Position numbers and translations under genes: made by a program
In this document: positions 18,734-28,408 of the stretch, piece after piece
How the letters are laid out: the number at the start of each line of letters is the position of its first letter
How positions within the stretch are numbered: position 1 is the first letter of the stretch
DNA from: an uncultured Bacteroidales bacterium
GTDB taxonomy: Bacteria > Bacteroidota > Bacteroidia > Bacteroidales > UBA10428
Length of the DNA: 64,000 nt
Assembly (NCBI GenBank): GCA_963808745.1
Contig: CAWEGX010000003.1
Location: forward strand, 466,197-530,196
Direction: 5' to 3'
The notes under the pieces: generated by a model
What the model was told of the DNA's origin: nothing
The model's input: only the letters and a program-made list of their open reading frames with translations
Databases searched by the model: none

Positions 18734-20321
18734 TTATCGTGCAAAGGTTGCTTTCGAAGACAGAAATTCCACAGCCCCTATGTCAAATCCTTTTCCCTGT
18801 GGAATCTCAGAGCCTGCAATATCTTTTTTTACCTCAGTTCCCCCAGGCAGGGTGCGGATATCATATCCCGCGTCAATCAGCGGGGATGCGGAAACCGGAT
18901 TAAAGACAGATAATCCTGCCAGCCTGACCGGATTTCTTATATTTGCGGTAGAGGTGTCATTTAGCATCGGATCAGCATAAACAAAGGTGAATTTTCCGTC
19001 CAGCTGTTCTTTACCTTTTGCACTGGCCCATTTTGCGATATCACGATACCCCATAAAATTATTATTGCCGTTGAGATTCCAGTAGCAGTTGTTTTGAAAA
19101 AGTTCATCTTTTATCGATCTGTCCCTTAAATAGAAAGGAACCATTATAGACAAAGATGTTATTTCTGAAATTGAAGCCGGTGAGGTTGTTCATCAGGCAA
19201 AGACTGGGACCACCGGGATTGCTGTTATAAAAGGTATTGTTATAAATTTCGCAATTCCTTATCGTTCCGCCTGCCTCCCCTTTCCATACCGACAATGATC
19301 CCTGGCCATTGGTTCCGTCGTTGTGGCTTATATTGTAGCGGATTATATTGTTCTCCCAGGTTTTCCCGGCTCCGAATTCAAACAGTCCTATTCCGGAACC
19401 CTGGTTATGATATGACAGGCAATACTGGATCATCGAATTGGCAACTCCTCCGTCAAGGTCGAATCCGCCACCGTCAGCAGCACCTTTGGCCGTTTTGTTG
19501 TCATGTGAAATGCAATATTGAATTGTAAAATCAGAGCAATCCCATATCCAGATACCAACCGGTCCATTGCCATGCCACGGCATATCCCAGCCATTATTAA
19601 ATGCCTCACAATATTCAATAACGCCACCTTTTACAGAAGAAGCCAATATACCGTTTCCGCTATGGTTGGTTAAAACGGTGGGATCTCCCGGATTATTTTC
19701 AGCTACACAATTGGCAATGTAAATGTTATGATTATCATATTTTTCCTTATCCCAGATGGTTGTGCCCGAAACATGGATCCCCGCAAAACCATTATCATGG
19801 GCGTATACATTTGTGATGCGGACATTACTGCTTTTGAATATACTCAGTCCCGAATGCTGAAAACCCCATATTTCAAGAGAATCGGCAAGAACATGATTGC
19901 ATCCTGATATGTAAACCCCGTCCGACCGGTTGCCTTCCATTCTGCCTTTTCCTTTGAAGTGCAGTTTCTTTAAAGAAAAGAAATTGCAGTTTTCTGCTTT
20001 TAATGCCAGGGTGGTGTCTCCGTCAATCAAAGCATAGCCCTTTCCAAAAGAAGAAATCGTAATCGGATGGGTTTCATTCGCCGAATCCAGTCCGTTTAAT
20101 TCAATGGTGCCAGAAAAGGCAGCACCTCCTTCAAATAATACAGTGGAACCTGGACGCAGATTTTGTTCGTTAACATGTTGAATCGATCGCCATGCCTGGT
20201 GAATGCTTGTTCCGGAGTTAGAATCATTTCCGGAAGGGCTGATGTAAAGAGTGGGGGATTGGGAGAGCGGGGGATGGCAGGAGGAGATGAATAAAACTGT
20301 GAGAATGACTGGAAGGATCAT
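18734..20321 (-). CDS. Right-handed parallel beta-helix repeat lipoprotein, one frameshift (~19110-19150)
   Basis: 'MILPVILTVLFISSC' is a lipobox. 'LYISPSGNDSNSGTSIHQAWRSIQHV' is followed by repeated 'N..G.G' beta-helix turns. ORFs 19104..20402 and 18734..19153 overlap and are colinear. Confidence 0.7.
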
Positions 20322-20440
20322 CTCCAGGCATCGTCTTACGTTCCCAATGTGCAGGGCGTTTGCAAAGCTCCTGCAGAAAGCTGGCTGAAGGCGTGGATGC
20401 AAGCTACGCCTGTCATCTATATATATCCTGGTGTTATTAA

Positions 20441-21288
20441 TTATTGTAATAATTTTTCCGGGATTTTGTCGATGGAGGTGATTTGAATGTTCCGGATATA
20501 CATCTCGGAGCCTTCGGATTCAAACTGGATCTTTCCCTTTGTAAGGGGGACTTCAGAGCTTCCTTCCAGCTGGCGGGAATTACGGAGGATCATATTGACA
20601 ACGCCATTCATCACATGAACACTGGTGCCGCCAAAACAGTATAAATCGATTGTATTCCATTCACCTGTTGGTTTTTCAGCATCGGGGAATTTTTTGCAGT
20701 TTCTGCCCAACGGGCTTACTGTGCTGAAGGTACGGGATTCTCCATCCTTGCTGTACACAAAAGTACTGTCATTCTCCTTCTTCGAGTTCACATCAAAAAT
20801 GGCACCGGCACAGGCCCAGTAATCACCGCAATCGCCTTCCTCGATCTGAAATTCGTGAGAGCGCATCCAGAATCCTCCATCTGCGCCTTGTGGTCCAACT
20901 GCATGATACATTAAGCCTCCATCCCTTTTTTGGGCTTTCATGGGTGGCCATTGTAACTGACCCCATTTAAACTGGAACTGCAAATGATAGTTTTCAAATT
21001 CCTGAAGTGTATTCATTCCTCCGAAATGTTCTCCCGATATCCGGATCACATTTTCGCCACTGATCACGGCCACACCAAATACTTTTAATGGATCAACATT
21101 CAGGCCAACAGGCACGGTATCCCATTTATTCAAAAGGGTGTCATATTTTGGCCCGAGGTAGGTTTCCCATCCTGAAAGATCCCTGCCATTAAAAAGGGAT
21201 TGCCATTTTTGATTATCGGCAGTCCGGTTTTACAGCCTGCCAGGATAACCAGGGCAAGGACAAGGATGAAATGGAGCTTGCAGCGCAT
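20441..21288 (-). CDS. DUF1080 (3-keto-disaccharide hydrolase-like) lipoprotein, one frameshift (~21225)
   Basis: The ATG at 21288 encodes 'MRCKLHFILVLALVILAGC'. The adjacent frame reads 'DNQKWQSLFNGRDLSGWETYLGPKYDTLLNKWDTV', in frame with ORF 20441..21133. The C-terminus is 'GKIQFESEGSEMYIRNIQI'. Confidence 0.7.
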
Positions 21289-21356
21289 GATAGGGGAGTA
21301 TGTATTAATAATACACCGGATGGTTAAGTAGCTAATTTACACATTTTTCTCCATCC

Positions 21357-21424
21357 TACAATACCGTATGCGCTCTGCCAATTACAGATCTGCTATGTCC
21401 CTTGTCCCTCAGTCCCTTGTCCCT
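21357..21424. repeat. Intergenic repeat mosaic B
   Basis: The 'gtcccttgtccctcagtcccttgtccctt' array abuts the FtsX stop codon. The module 'tacaataccgtatgcgctctgcc' recurs at 28286. Confidence 0.8.
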
Positions 21425-23795
21425 TCATTCATGCTTTAGCGTCTCCGCCGGATTAGTCCTTATCGCCCTTATGGTCTGGTAACTGATGGCGGCCATGGCG
21501 ACCACCACGGTTATGGCAGCAGAAACGCCAAATATCCATGCATTCAGCCTGGTATGATAACTGTAATTTTTCAGGAAATGCGACAGCAGATACCAGGTTA
21601 TCGGGACGGAAATTACTGTTGCCAGCACCAGCAACTGCAAAAACTGCCAGGTAAAAAGATGGAATATAGTTAACAGCAGGTGCACCCAACGCCTTTCGTA
21701 TACCCACTTCACGGGTTTTTTGTTCCACTGTGTAGGTAGCCATTCCAAACAGGCCAATGGCGGCAATGAGAATGGCAAAGATGGCAAAGTAATTCATCAA
21801 TGTGCCCATTCTTTCTTCGGTCCTGTACATGTTGTCAAAATCCTGGTCCACAAAATGATAGTCAAATGGATAGGCGGGCATGATTCTCTTCCAGGCTTTT
21901 TCCAGCTGCTTCATTGTTTCAGTGAGGTTTCCCGGGTTAACCCGTATATACATGTAATTCCAGAACTGGGGCCCCCACATGGAGATGGCCAGGGGTTCTA
22001 TTTTATTGTGAAGCGACTGGAAATTGAAATCTTTCATAACACCGACGATGGTCCCGTAAGATCCAAATCTCAGCGAGGCTCCCACTGCATTATCCAGACC
22101 CATTATTTTTTCCATCGTTTCGTTAATGATAAAATTGGCTGTTGTATCATGAGATACGTCACCGGGATAGGCTTTTGAGAATGTGCGACCCGCCTTCATT
22201 TCGATTCCCATCGTTTCAACATAATCAAAATCAACTCCACTCATGCTGACAAGAATATCCGTTTCCGGCGACTTTCCTTCCCAAAAGGCGTTGTCGGAAT
22301 TACTTCCAATCTGTTGCGGCTGGTCCAAACCTGCAGTGATCGATTTTACAACCGGTTCATGCAGAAGTTCCTCCTTGATCATGGGATAGGAATTTTTCAG
22401 ATCGCCCCGGAGCGGGAGATAGAGCAGATTCTCTTTGTCATACCCAAGCTTTTGACTTTGCATAAGATGAAGCTGGCGGTATATAACGATGGTACCGGCA
22501 ATAAGCATAATACTCAAGCCAAACTGGATTGTAACCGAAATTTTCCGGAAAGTGATACCTGTTGTGCCGGTATTGAAATTTCCTTTCAATGTGTGGATAG
22601 GTCTGAAACCGGAAAGAACCATGGCCGGATAGGTGCCGGCAAGCAATCCCGTGAGAATGGTGATCACCACCATACCCAGAACAAATCGCATGGTTATCAG
22701 GTCAGCCAGGTGAAATACTTTTCCTGAAATACTGTTAAATGGTGATAGCAGCAATAAAACAAGGACAAATGCAATTACCATTGAAAGAAATGCCATCAGA
22801 AGCGATTCGCCAAAAAACTGGAACAGCACATTATTACGATGCGCACCATTTACCTTGCGCAATCCGATTTCCTTTGCACGGGCAATTGACCGGGCGGTAC
22901 TCAGGTTCATGAAGTTTATGCAGGCAATGATGAGCACAAGGATCGCAATGGATGCAAAAATCCATACATTGAGTATCGCTCCCGGCTTATGACCGAAACC
23001 CCAGTAACTGTACAAGTGCATACGCGTAAGCGGTGCAATTACAAAATCAGTTGTGCTTTGGGGATTATGCTGCCTTGCAATCGCGGTCAGCTTGGCATTC
23101 ACCTTCGAAGTTTCCACATTCGGCCTGAGCATCACATAAGTCGTGATTGAATTGTTACCCCATTGATCGGAATACCATTGTGATTTTTTCATGTAATCGA
23201 AGGGAATCAGAAAATCCTGGTCAATGGAGCTGTTGGATGGCATTTTTTTCATTACACCGGTAACCTGGAAGATCTCTTTCGTATTAACAGTAAATGTTTT
23301 ACCTATAGGATCTTCTTTGCCGAAATATTTGGATGCCATCTCATCACTGATAACCACTGAGCCTGGCTGAGCCAGGGCTTTTTTTGGATTACCCTTAATC
23401 AGCTCAAAGGAAAACATGTCAAAAAATGAGGAATCTACGGCAGATACCTTTTCTTCATAAAATGATCTTTCATTCCTTGTAAACAGAAAACTACCTGCCT
23501 GGGTGATCCTGCATGCTTCCCTGATCTCAGGTATCTGATCGCGCCAGACCGGGCCTGAAGGCCAGGGTGTTACCTGCACATGATACACACCATTGCTGTA
23601 GTGCTGATCTTCTTCCACACGGTAAATCAATTCAGCGTTCTTATGAAACCTGTCAAAGTCCAGCTCATCTGCCACCCAGAGGAAGATCAGCATGGCACAG
23701 GCCAGTCCGATGGATAATCCCGCCATATTCATGAATGACACACTGAAATGACGTACGATATTCCTGAATGCGATAACCAGGTAATTTCTGAACAT
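21425..23795 (-). CDS. FtsX/MacB-like ABC transporter permease (~790 aa), one frameshift near the 3' end (~21700-21790)
   Basis: 'MFRNYLVIAFRNIVRH' is typical of this Bacteroidota permease family, which carries two FtsX domains. The true C-terminus '...YQTIRAIRTNPAETLKHE*' lies in overlapping ORF 21425..21787. Confidence 0.75.
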
Positions 23796-23809
23796 GATAG
23801 TGGTTTTAT

Positions 23810-24445
23810 TTACTTTGATTTACGGACAAAAATATCCCCGCTGATGGTTTCCAGGTTTACCGGGTCGCCGCCACTGTTTAGTTTATGCTTTACCACCATG
23901 GGAATTGTATTTTCCGAAGATGTGATGCTGATGTCCAGGTCGGTATACAATGTGCCGCTGATGGTTTTCATCTCAAGGTCTGCCTTCCGGTTATCTGCCA
24001 TGGCCAGATCGATAAAACCGCTGATGGTTTTGGCATTGATCTCGGTGGTAACCCCGTCTATCATGATATCTCCGTTAATTGTCTCAATAGAAAATACCGT
24101 ATTTTCAGGTATGAACAATTCCCAGGTGATCTCAGTCTGCATGCAGCCATGTTTCTTTTCCTTGTAATAGCCATCCGGGATGTTTGCCTTTATTTCAACA
24201 TCTTTTCCTGTCTCATCAAAGTCTGTCAGGTAGGCATCGTTATCCTCATTGTCATTTATGTTTACCGATGCTTTGGCAAAGACTTCAGTTTTGTTCCAGG
24301 TGTGTACTTTTATTGAATCAGCGATCTGAATGTTGAGGATCAGTTTTTCCTTTCCCGAGAAGTTTATGTGCTTTTCAATTGTTTTCTGCGCCAGGGTATG
24401 CGACAGGAATACCCAGCATATCGTAAATATGATCATGTTTTTCAT
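23810..24445 (-). CDS. DUF4097-like beta-strand-repeat protein (secreted)
   Basis: Signal peptide, repeated 'I.G.I' strands ('INGDIMIDG', 'ISGFIDL', 'ISGTLYTDL') and the ending 'ISGDIFVRKSK'. Confidence 0.6.
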   Translation of the reverse strand: MKNMIIFTICWVFLSHTLAQKTIEKHINFSGKEKLILNIQIADSIKVHTWNKTEVFAKASVNINDNEDNDAYLTDFDETGKDVEIKANIPDGYYKEKKHGCMQTEITWELFIPENTVFSIETINGDIMIDGVTTEINAKTISGFIDLAMADNRKADLEMKTISGTLYTDLDISITSSENTIPMVVKHKLNSGGDPVNLETISGDIFVRKSK

Positions 24446-24528
24446 TGTACTAAAGATATAAATTATTTGAATATTGGCATTTCAATTGCCACGCCATGAA
24501 GGGCGTGGCAAAAAAAGGAGTTGACTAT

Positions 24529-25311
24529 TTACAATCCTTTCCTCAAATATATATTCCCGCTTACCGTCACAATACTGAACTTGGCACCGCCGCCATTTAA
24601 TTTAGTACTCAGTTCGTTGCCTCCGATCTGGTTCATGTCTTTTGATTTATCAGAGAAATCAAAATCGGAATACATTCGGCCTGAAACTGAATTCATCTCA
24701 ATATCGGCTGCAATTTTAGCCGGAAGGGTAATATCAATTTCACCGCTGATGGAGTTGATTGAAAAGGGCTTTCCGGCTGAGATGTTGTCGAAGGTAATTT
24801 CGATATCACCACTGATTGTAGAAAGCACAAGGGGACCTGTGACACCCTTCAAAATGATTGAATGACAGCTTTGTATTTCAATTTCGTTTTTCATGCCGCT
24901 GATATGGATGTCATTGTTATATTCACATTCGCTTTGAACTTCAATAGACATGCTTTCAGGCACTTTTACGGTATATTCACGACTGTTGGTGAAGGGCAGG
25001 AGACAGGTAACCGATATCCCGTTTCCGCTTTTTTCTACTGAAAGACCAACCCCGGTATTGTCAACGCCACCGCCATAAACCGGTTTCAGACCCTTGGCAC
25101 GTTCGGGCACTGTCATTTCTTCACCGCCCATAGCAGAGAATATGATCTCATTTCCTGTATAGCCTTCAATTTTGAGATCTCCTGAGAAATTACTCAGACT
25201 GAGTTTGCTGTTTTTTGCATTGTCAATACTCACCTTGTAATCCTGGGCTTTTATTGAGCCCGCCATGAGAAGAGCAAATATGGAAGCTGATAAAATTATT
25301 TTCGTTTTCAT
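24529..25311 (-). CDS. DUF4097 family beta-strand-repeat protein (secreted)
   Basis: Start taken at 'MKTKIILSASIFALLMAGSIKAQ'. Repeated 'SGDL/SGDI/SGEI/SGRM/SGNI' strands end 'VSGNIYLRKGL'. Confidence 0.65.
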   Translation of the reverse strand: MKTKIILSASIFALLMAGSIKAQDYKVSIDNAKNSKLSLSNFSGDLKIEGYTGNEIIFSAMGGEEMTVPERAKGLKPVYGGGVDNTGVGLSVEKSGNGISVTCLLPFTNSREYTVKVPESMSIEVQSECEYNNDIHISGMKNEIEIQSCHSIILKGVTGPLVLSTISGDIEITFDNISAGKPFSINSISGEIDITLPAKIAADIEMNSVSGRMYSDFDFSDKSKDMNQIGGNELSTKLNGGGAKFSIVTVSGNIYLRKGL

Positions 25312-25402
25312 TGCTTTAAGTAATATAAGTTTAGTAACCACCCAGGCAAACCCGGAATTCGCCTGTTCACATATATTGAATTCAATTTTTTCGTATGTAA
25401 AA

Positions 25403-26182
25403 TCAGAGCAATATTTTCAGCCCCTTTTGCGCCACGTCCTTCACTTCCTTCATGGATTTTTCATCGGACATGATCTTTTGGATGGGCTTAATTGCACTGG
25501 TTTCCTTTTTTTCGACAAGGATATTCATCAGAACGACCTGTATAATCGGTTCGGTCTGCACGGAAAGCGACGCTACCATGGAATCCCTTACAGATTGCCG
25601 GTCGGCATATTTTGCCAGTGAATAAGCTGCGGCTAATCTCACATTGATATTCTTGTCATTATTCAGGGTTTCTGTGAGGGCATTGAGCACCTTTATATCC
25701 GGAGCCTGGATATCATCCGTATAGTTTACTGCCTGTAATCTCTGACTTGGAGATTCCTGCTTTAACAAATTAAGCATCATCAGTTCTTTCATCGACTGCA
25801 TCTCAGTTTTCAGGCTGGCCACCTGGGCGCCTTCCTGCTGACGGTTTAAAACAAAACGAAGTGTCAAACCGATAAAGGTGCCTGCCAGAAGAAGGGCAAT
25901 GGCTGCTGCCAGCTTCATCCATGGATAAGATCTGCGGACCGAAAGTGGCATTGCAGGATGTTCCTGTTTCTGCAAGGCCTGTTTGTTCATCTCACCATGC
26001 AACATGTGATAGAAATTGATCCGCAGGGTTTCATCCGGCTGTTCCATCTCTGTTGAATCCACAGTTTGGAGGATCTGCTGGAAGTCCTTCAGTTCATCCA
26101 GACATCTTTCGCATGTTTCGAGGTGTTTCTCCACTTCATCGCGACGCGCTTTTTCAAGCGTATTGTCGAGATAATCGATCAT
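25403..26182 (-). CDS. Anti-sigma factor (zf-HC2) with TM segment and C-terminal HEAT-like repeats
   Basis: 'HLETCERCLDELKDFQQI' is a zinc-finger anti-sigma motif. 'LAAAIALLLAGTFIGL' is a TM segment. 'NINVRLAAAYSLAKYADRQSVRDSMVASL' is HEAT-like. Confidence 0.75.
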   Translation of the reverse strand: MIDYLDNTLEKARRDEVEKHLETCERCLDELKDFQQILQTVDSTEMEQPDETLRINFYHMLHGEMNKQALQKQEHPAMPLSVRRSYPWMKLAAAIALLLAGTFIGLTLRFVLNRQQEGAQVASLKTEMQSMKELMMLNLLKQESPSQRLQAVNYTDDIQAPDIKVLNALTETLNNDKNINVRLAAAYSLAKYADRQSVRDSMVASLSVQTEPIIQVVLMNILVEKKETSAIKPIQKIMSDEKSMKEVKDVAQKGLKILL

Positions 26183-26220
26183 GGCCTGATTCTACATCTT
26201 CACATTTCATTACAGTCGAT

Positions 26221-26769
26221 TTATGTCAGTTTGAAATAGTGTTCTCTTAATTGTTTGATGGCCCGGTGCACCTGAACTTTTATGGCAGGAACCGACAGGT
26301 CGCGGATAGAGGATATTTCTTCATATTTCAGTCCCTGAAACCGGCTGAGAACCAGGATCTCCTTTTGCTCGGGAGTAAGCCTGGCCATCGCCCTGTCGAG
26401 TTTTTCATATTCTTCCTCATTAAAGCCTTCTTTCTCTTCGGCGAAATTCTCATTGTATTCCTCTACCTGTGTATATCGTTCTGTGGCCTTTTGCTGCTGT
26501 TTGCAAAAGTCAACATGTATATTCCGGGCCATCTGATATATCCATGATTTAAAACTGTGATCCTCCTTGAACGTATGCCTGTATTTGATGATCCTGTAAA
26601 ACAGGTTCTGTGTCAGATCCTGGCTTACCGATCTGTCGAAGGTGAGCCTGAGCATAAAATTGTACAGTCTCACGTGATACCGCTCAAACAGAACTGATAA
26701 TTCGGCCAGGTTTCCCTCTTTAACCCGCTTCATGATTATTTCATCGGATATTTCAGCCACGTTGCCCAA
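26221..26769 (-). CDS. ECF-type RNA polymerase sigma-70 factor
   Basis: Region 2 is 'DLTQNLFYRIIKYRHTF..SFKSWIYQMARNIHVDF'. Region 4 is 'QKEILVLSRFQGLKYEEISSIRDLSVPAIKVQVHRA'. The start is TTG or an internal ATG and remains uncertain. Confidence 0.85.
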   Translation of the reverse strand: MGNVAEISDEIIMKRVKEGNLAELSVLFERYHVRLYNFMLRLTFDRSVSQDLTQNLFYRIIKYRHTFKEDHSFKSWIYQMARNIHVDFCKQQQKATERYTQVEEYNENFAEEKEGFNEEEYEKLDRAMARLTPEQKEILVLSRFQGLKYEEISSIRDLSVPAIKVQVHRAIKQLREHYFKLT

Positions 26770-26875
26770 TTAATTGCTTTCTGATATGGTTACCACCGAA
26801 AGGTACAATGGTTACATCATTTTTCCAGAAATATTTTAGGGAGATGTTATGATGGCGTTATGGGGAGGATGGGAA

Positions 26876-27078
26876 GGCTGTTAGGCTACTAGGCTGCTAG
26901 GCTGCTAGGCTTCTAGGCTACTAGGTACTAGGCTACTTGGCTACCAGGCCTCTAAGCTACCACGGAAAAAGTCTTCGAAGTTCGAAGTTCGATGAATACT
27001 GAAATTTCTTAGCGGAATTCACGCCATTCACCATTCACCATTCACTTTTTCGACTGCAAAACTGCACGACTGCAGAAC
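26876..27078. repeat. Intergenic repeat mosaic C
   Basis: About 10 units of 'ctaggctN' (26876-26961), then 'ttcgaagttcgaagttcga' (26974-26992), 'ccattcaccattcaccattcac' (27024-27045) and 'cgactgcaaaactgcacgactgcagaac'. Confidence 0.9.
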
Positions 27079-27081
27079 TAA

Positions 27082-27564
27082 CTAAAAACGGTATGTCAGG
27101 CTCAGGCCCTGCCGGTTGGGCGCACATATTACACCCAGGGAAAGATTATCCAATTTGTGCCGATAACTTTTAACCTTGTAACTACCAATGCTGCTCAGGG
27201 TTATTCCCCCGGCCAGCAAGCCGATCCCAAGGGAAAGAAAAATCACTCCCTCTGCTGCCTGCAGGTCGTATTTATCCTGGTTGGGAATAGTATATCCATA
27301 GCCTGTATTCCAGTAAGCATTTGGTATGTTGGCTAACAGGACAATACCTGCGATTAAAGAACCACCGCCGAAACCGGTCATGATTAATCCTCCCCTTCGC
27401 ATTTTCGTATAGGTAATGATTTTGCTTTTGTATAGTTGTCTGTATTTATCTTGCCCGGTTACAGAAGTCTCTATTTGTCCCGTTACGGGTTCTTCTACTT
27501 GTCCGGTTACAGAATTCACACCCAGAACCATGAAAATCAGGAATAACCAGGCTTTCTTTTTCAT
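27082..27564 (-). CDS. Hypothetical secreted/membrane protein
   Basis: Signal peptide, three 'VTGQ.E' peptide repeats, Gly-rich hydrophobic segments, and the ending 'LSLTYRF'. Confidence 0.5.
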   Translation of the reverse strand: MKKKAWLFLIFMVLGVNSVTGQVEEPVTGQIETSVTGQDKYRQLYKSKIITYTKMRRGGLIMTGFGGGSLIAGIVLLANIPNAYWNTGYGYTIPNQDKYDLQAAEGVIFLSLGIGLLAGGITLSSIGSYKVKSYRHKLDNLSLGVICAPNRQGLSLTYRF

Positions 27565-27613
27565 AGCAGGTAAATTTAGGAGTTTTTACGTGTTTGCTCT
27601 GTTTTAGTTACTC

Positions 27614-27641
27614 GTCCCTTGTCCCTAGTCCCTTGTCCCTA
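27614..27641. repeat. Intergenic repeat mosaic D (GGGAC-type array, reverse orientation)
   Basis: 'gtcccttgtccctagtcccttgtcccta'. It contains the last four codons and the stop of the 27625..28242 gene. Confidence 0.85.
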
Positions 27642-28242
27642 ATTTAATCACCCCAAATGACGAAGGTATATGAAAGTCCGGGCGGACCGATTCAGGTTTT
27701 ATCCAGCTTATCCATGAAAAACCGGATTCAGGATCACGCACTTTCAGGCATTCGCCACGGAACAGTCCTGCCTGCAATTCATTGTTATTTAGCAGATTCA
27801 ATTCTTTGAGCGAGGCCAGTGTAATGGAACCTTCAACAATGTAACCTGAGTCAGCATAATTCGATTTGATCTGAAGCTGATTGATGCCGGGCCATTGCCA
27901 TTTATAATCAAACTTCCGGTAGAAACTTGCCCTGTAATCAAGGACCCTGCCCAGGGGATCCATTTCCAGGCAATAATAGGGATTAAGCCGGTCATCGCAC
28001 CTGAAGAATATTTCCACCCTGTCAGAATCCACCACTTCCATCTTGTTATTATCATGAACGTACGTAAGGGCGCAGGTGACTACAACATCAAACCTGAAAT
28101 ATAAACGTGCATCGTCCCACAATGCCCGGAATGACATCACGGGTGGCGGCTGGACCGACCATGGATAACTGAATTCCGTCAGAACCAGGGCGTCATCCCA
28201 GTTCAGGGAATGATTTATCTTAAGGGCAGAATACGTTTCCAA
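27625..28242 (-). CDS. CBM9-like (carbohydrate-binding family 9-like) domain protein, TTG start
   Basis: 'WDDARLYFRFDV...DRVEIFFRCDDRLNPYYCLEMDPLGRVLDYRASFYRKFDYKWQWPG' fits the CBM9-like pattern. There is no signal peptide. Confidence 0.55.
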   Translation of the reverse strand: METYSALKINHSLNWDDALVLTEFSYPWSVQPPPVMSFRALWDDARLYFRFDVVVTCALTYVHDNNKMEVVDSDRVEIFFRCDDRLNPYYCLEMDPLGRVLDYRASFYRKFDYKWQWPGINQLQIKSNYADSGYIVEGSITLASLKELNLLNNNELQAGLFRGECLKVRDPESGFSWISWIKPESVRPDFHIPSSFGVIKLGTRD

Positions 28243-28285
28243 GAAATATTTTATAATTAGGCCATTAGGTTATTAAACTTCTTTT

Positions 28286-28406
28286 TACAATACCATATGC
28301 GCTCCGCGCAATCGTAAATCGTAAATCGTAAATCGTAAATTCCTACCGACGGCAAATCCCTACAGGATTTTCCTGCTCGTCCCTAGTCCCCAGTCCCTAG
28401 TCCCTT
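28286..28406. repeat. Intergenic repeat mosaic E
   Basis: 'tacaataccatatgcgctccgcgc', then 4x 'aatcgta' (28310-28340), the module 'tcctaccgacggcaaatccctacaggattttcc', and 'gtccctagtccccagtccctagtccct' (28379-28406). Confidence 0.9.
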
Positions 28407-28408
28407 CT

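Noticed and set aside
27444-27513. Tandem DNA repeat encoding 'VTGQ.E' x3 in the 27082..27564 protein as part of the intergenic array system
   Set aside because: Its period is ~24 nt, a multiple of 3. It lies in frame within a CDS and is unrelated in sequence to the 7/8-nt families. It is an ordinary peptide repeat.
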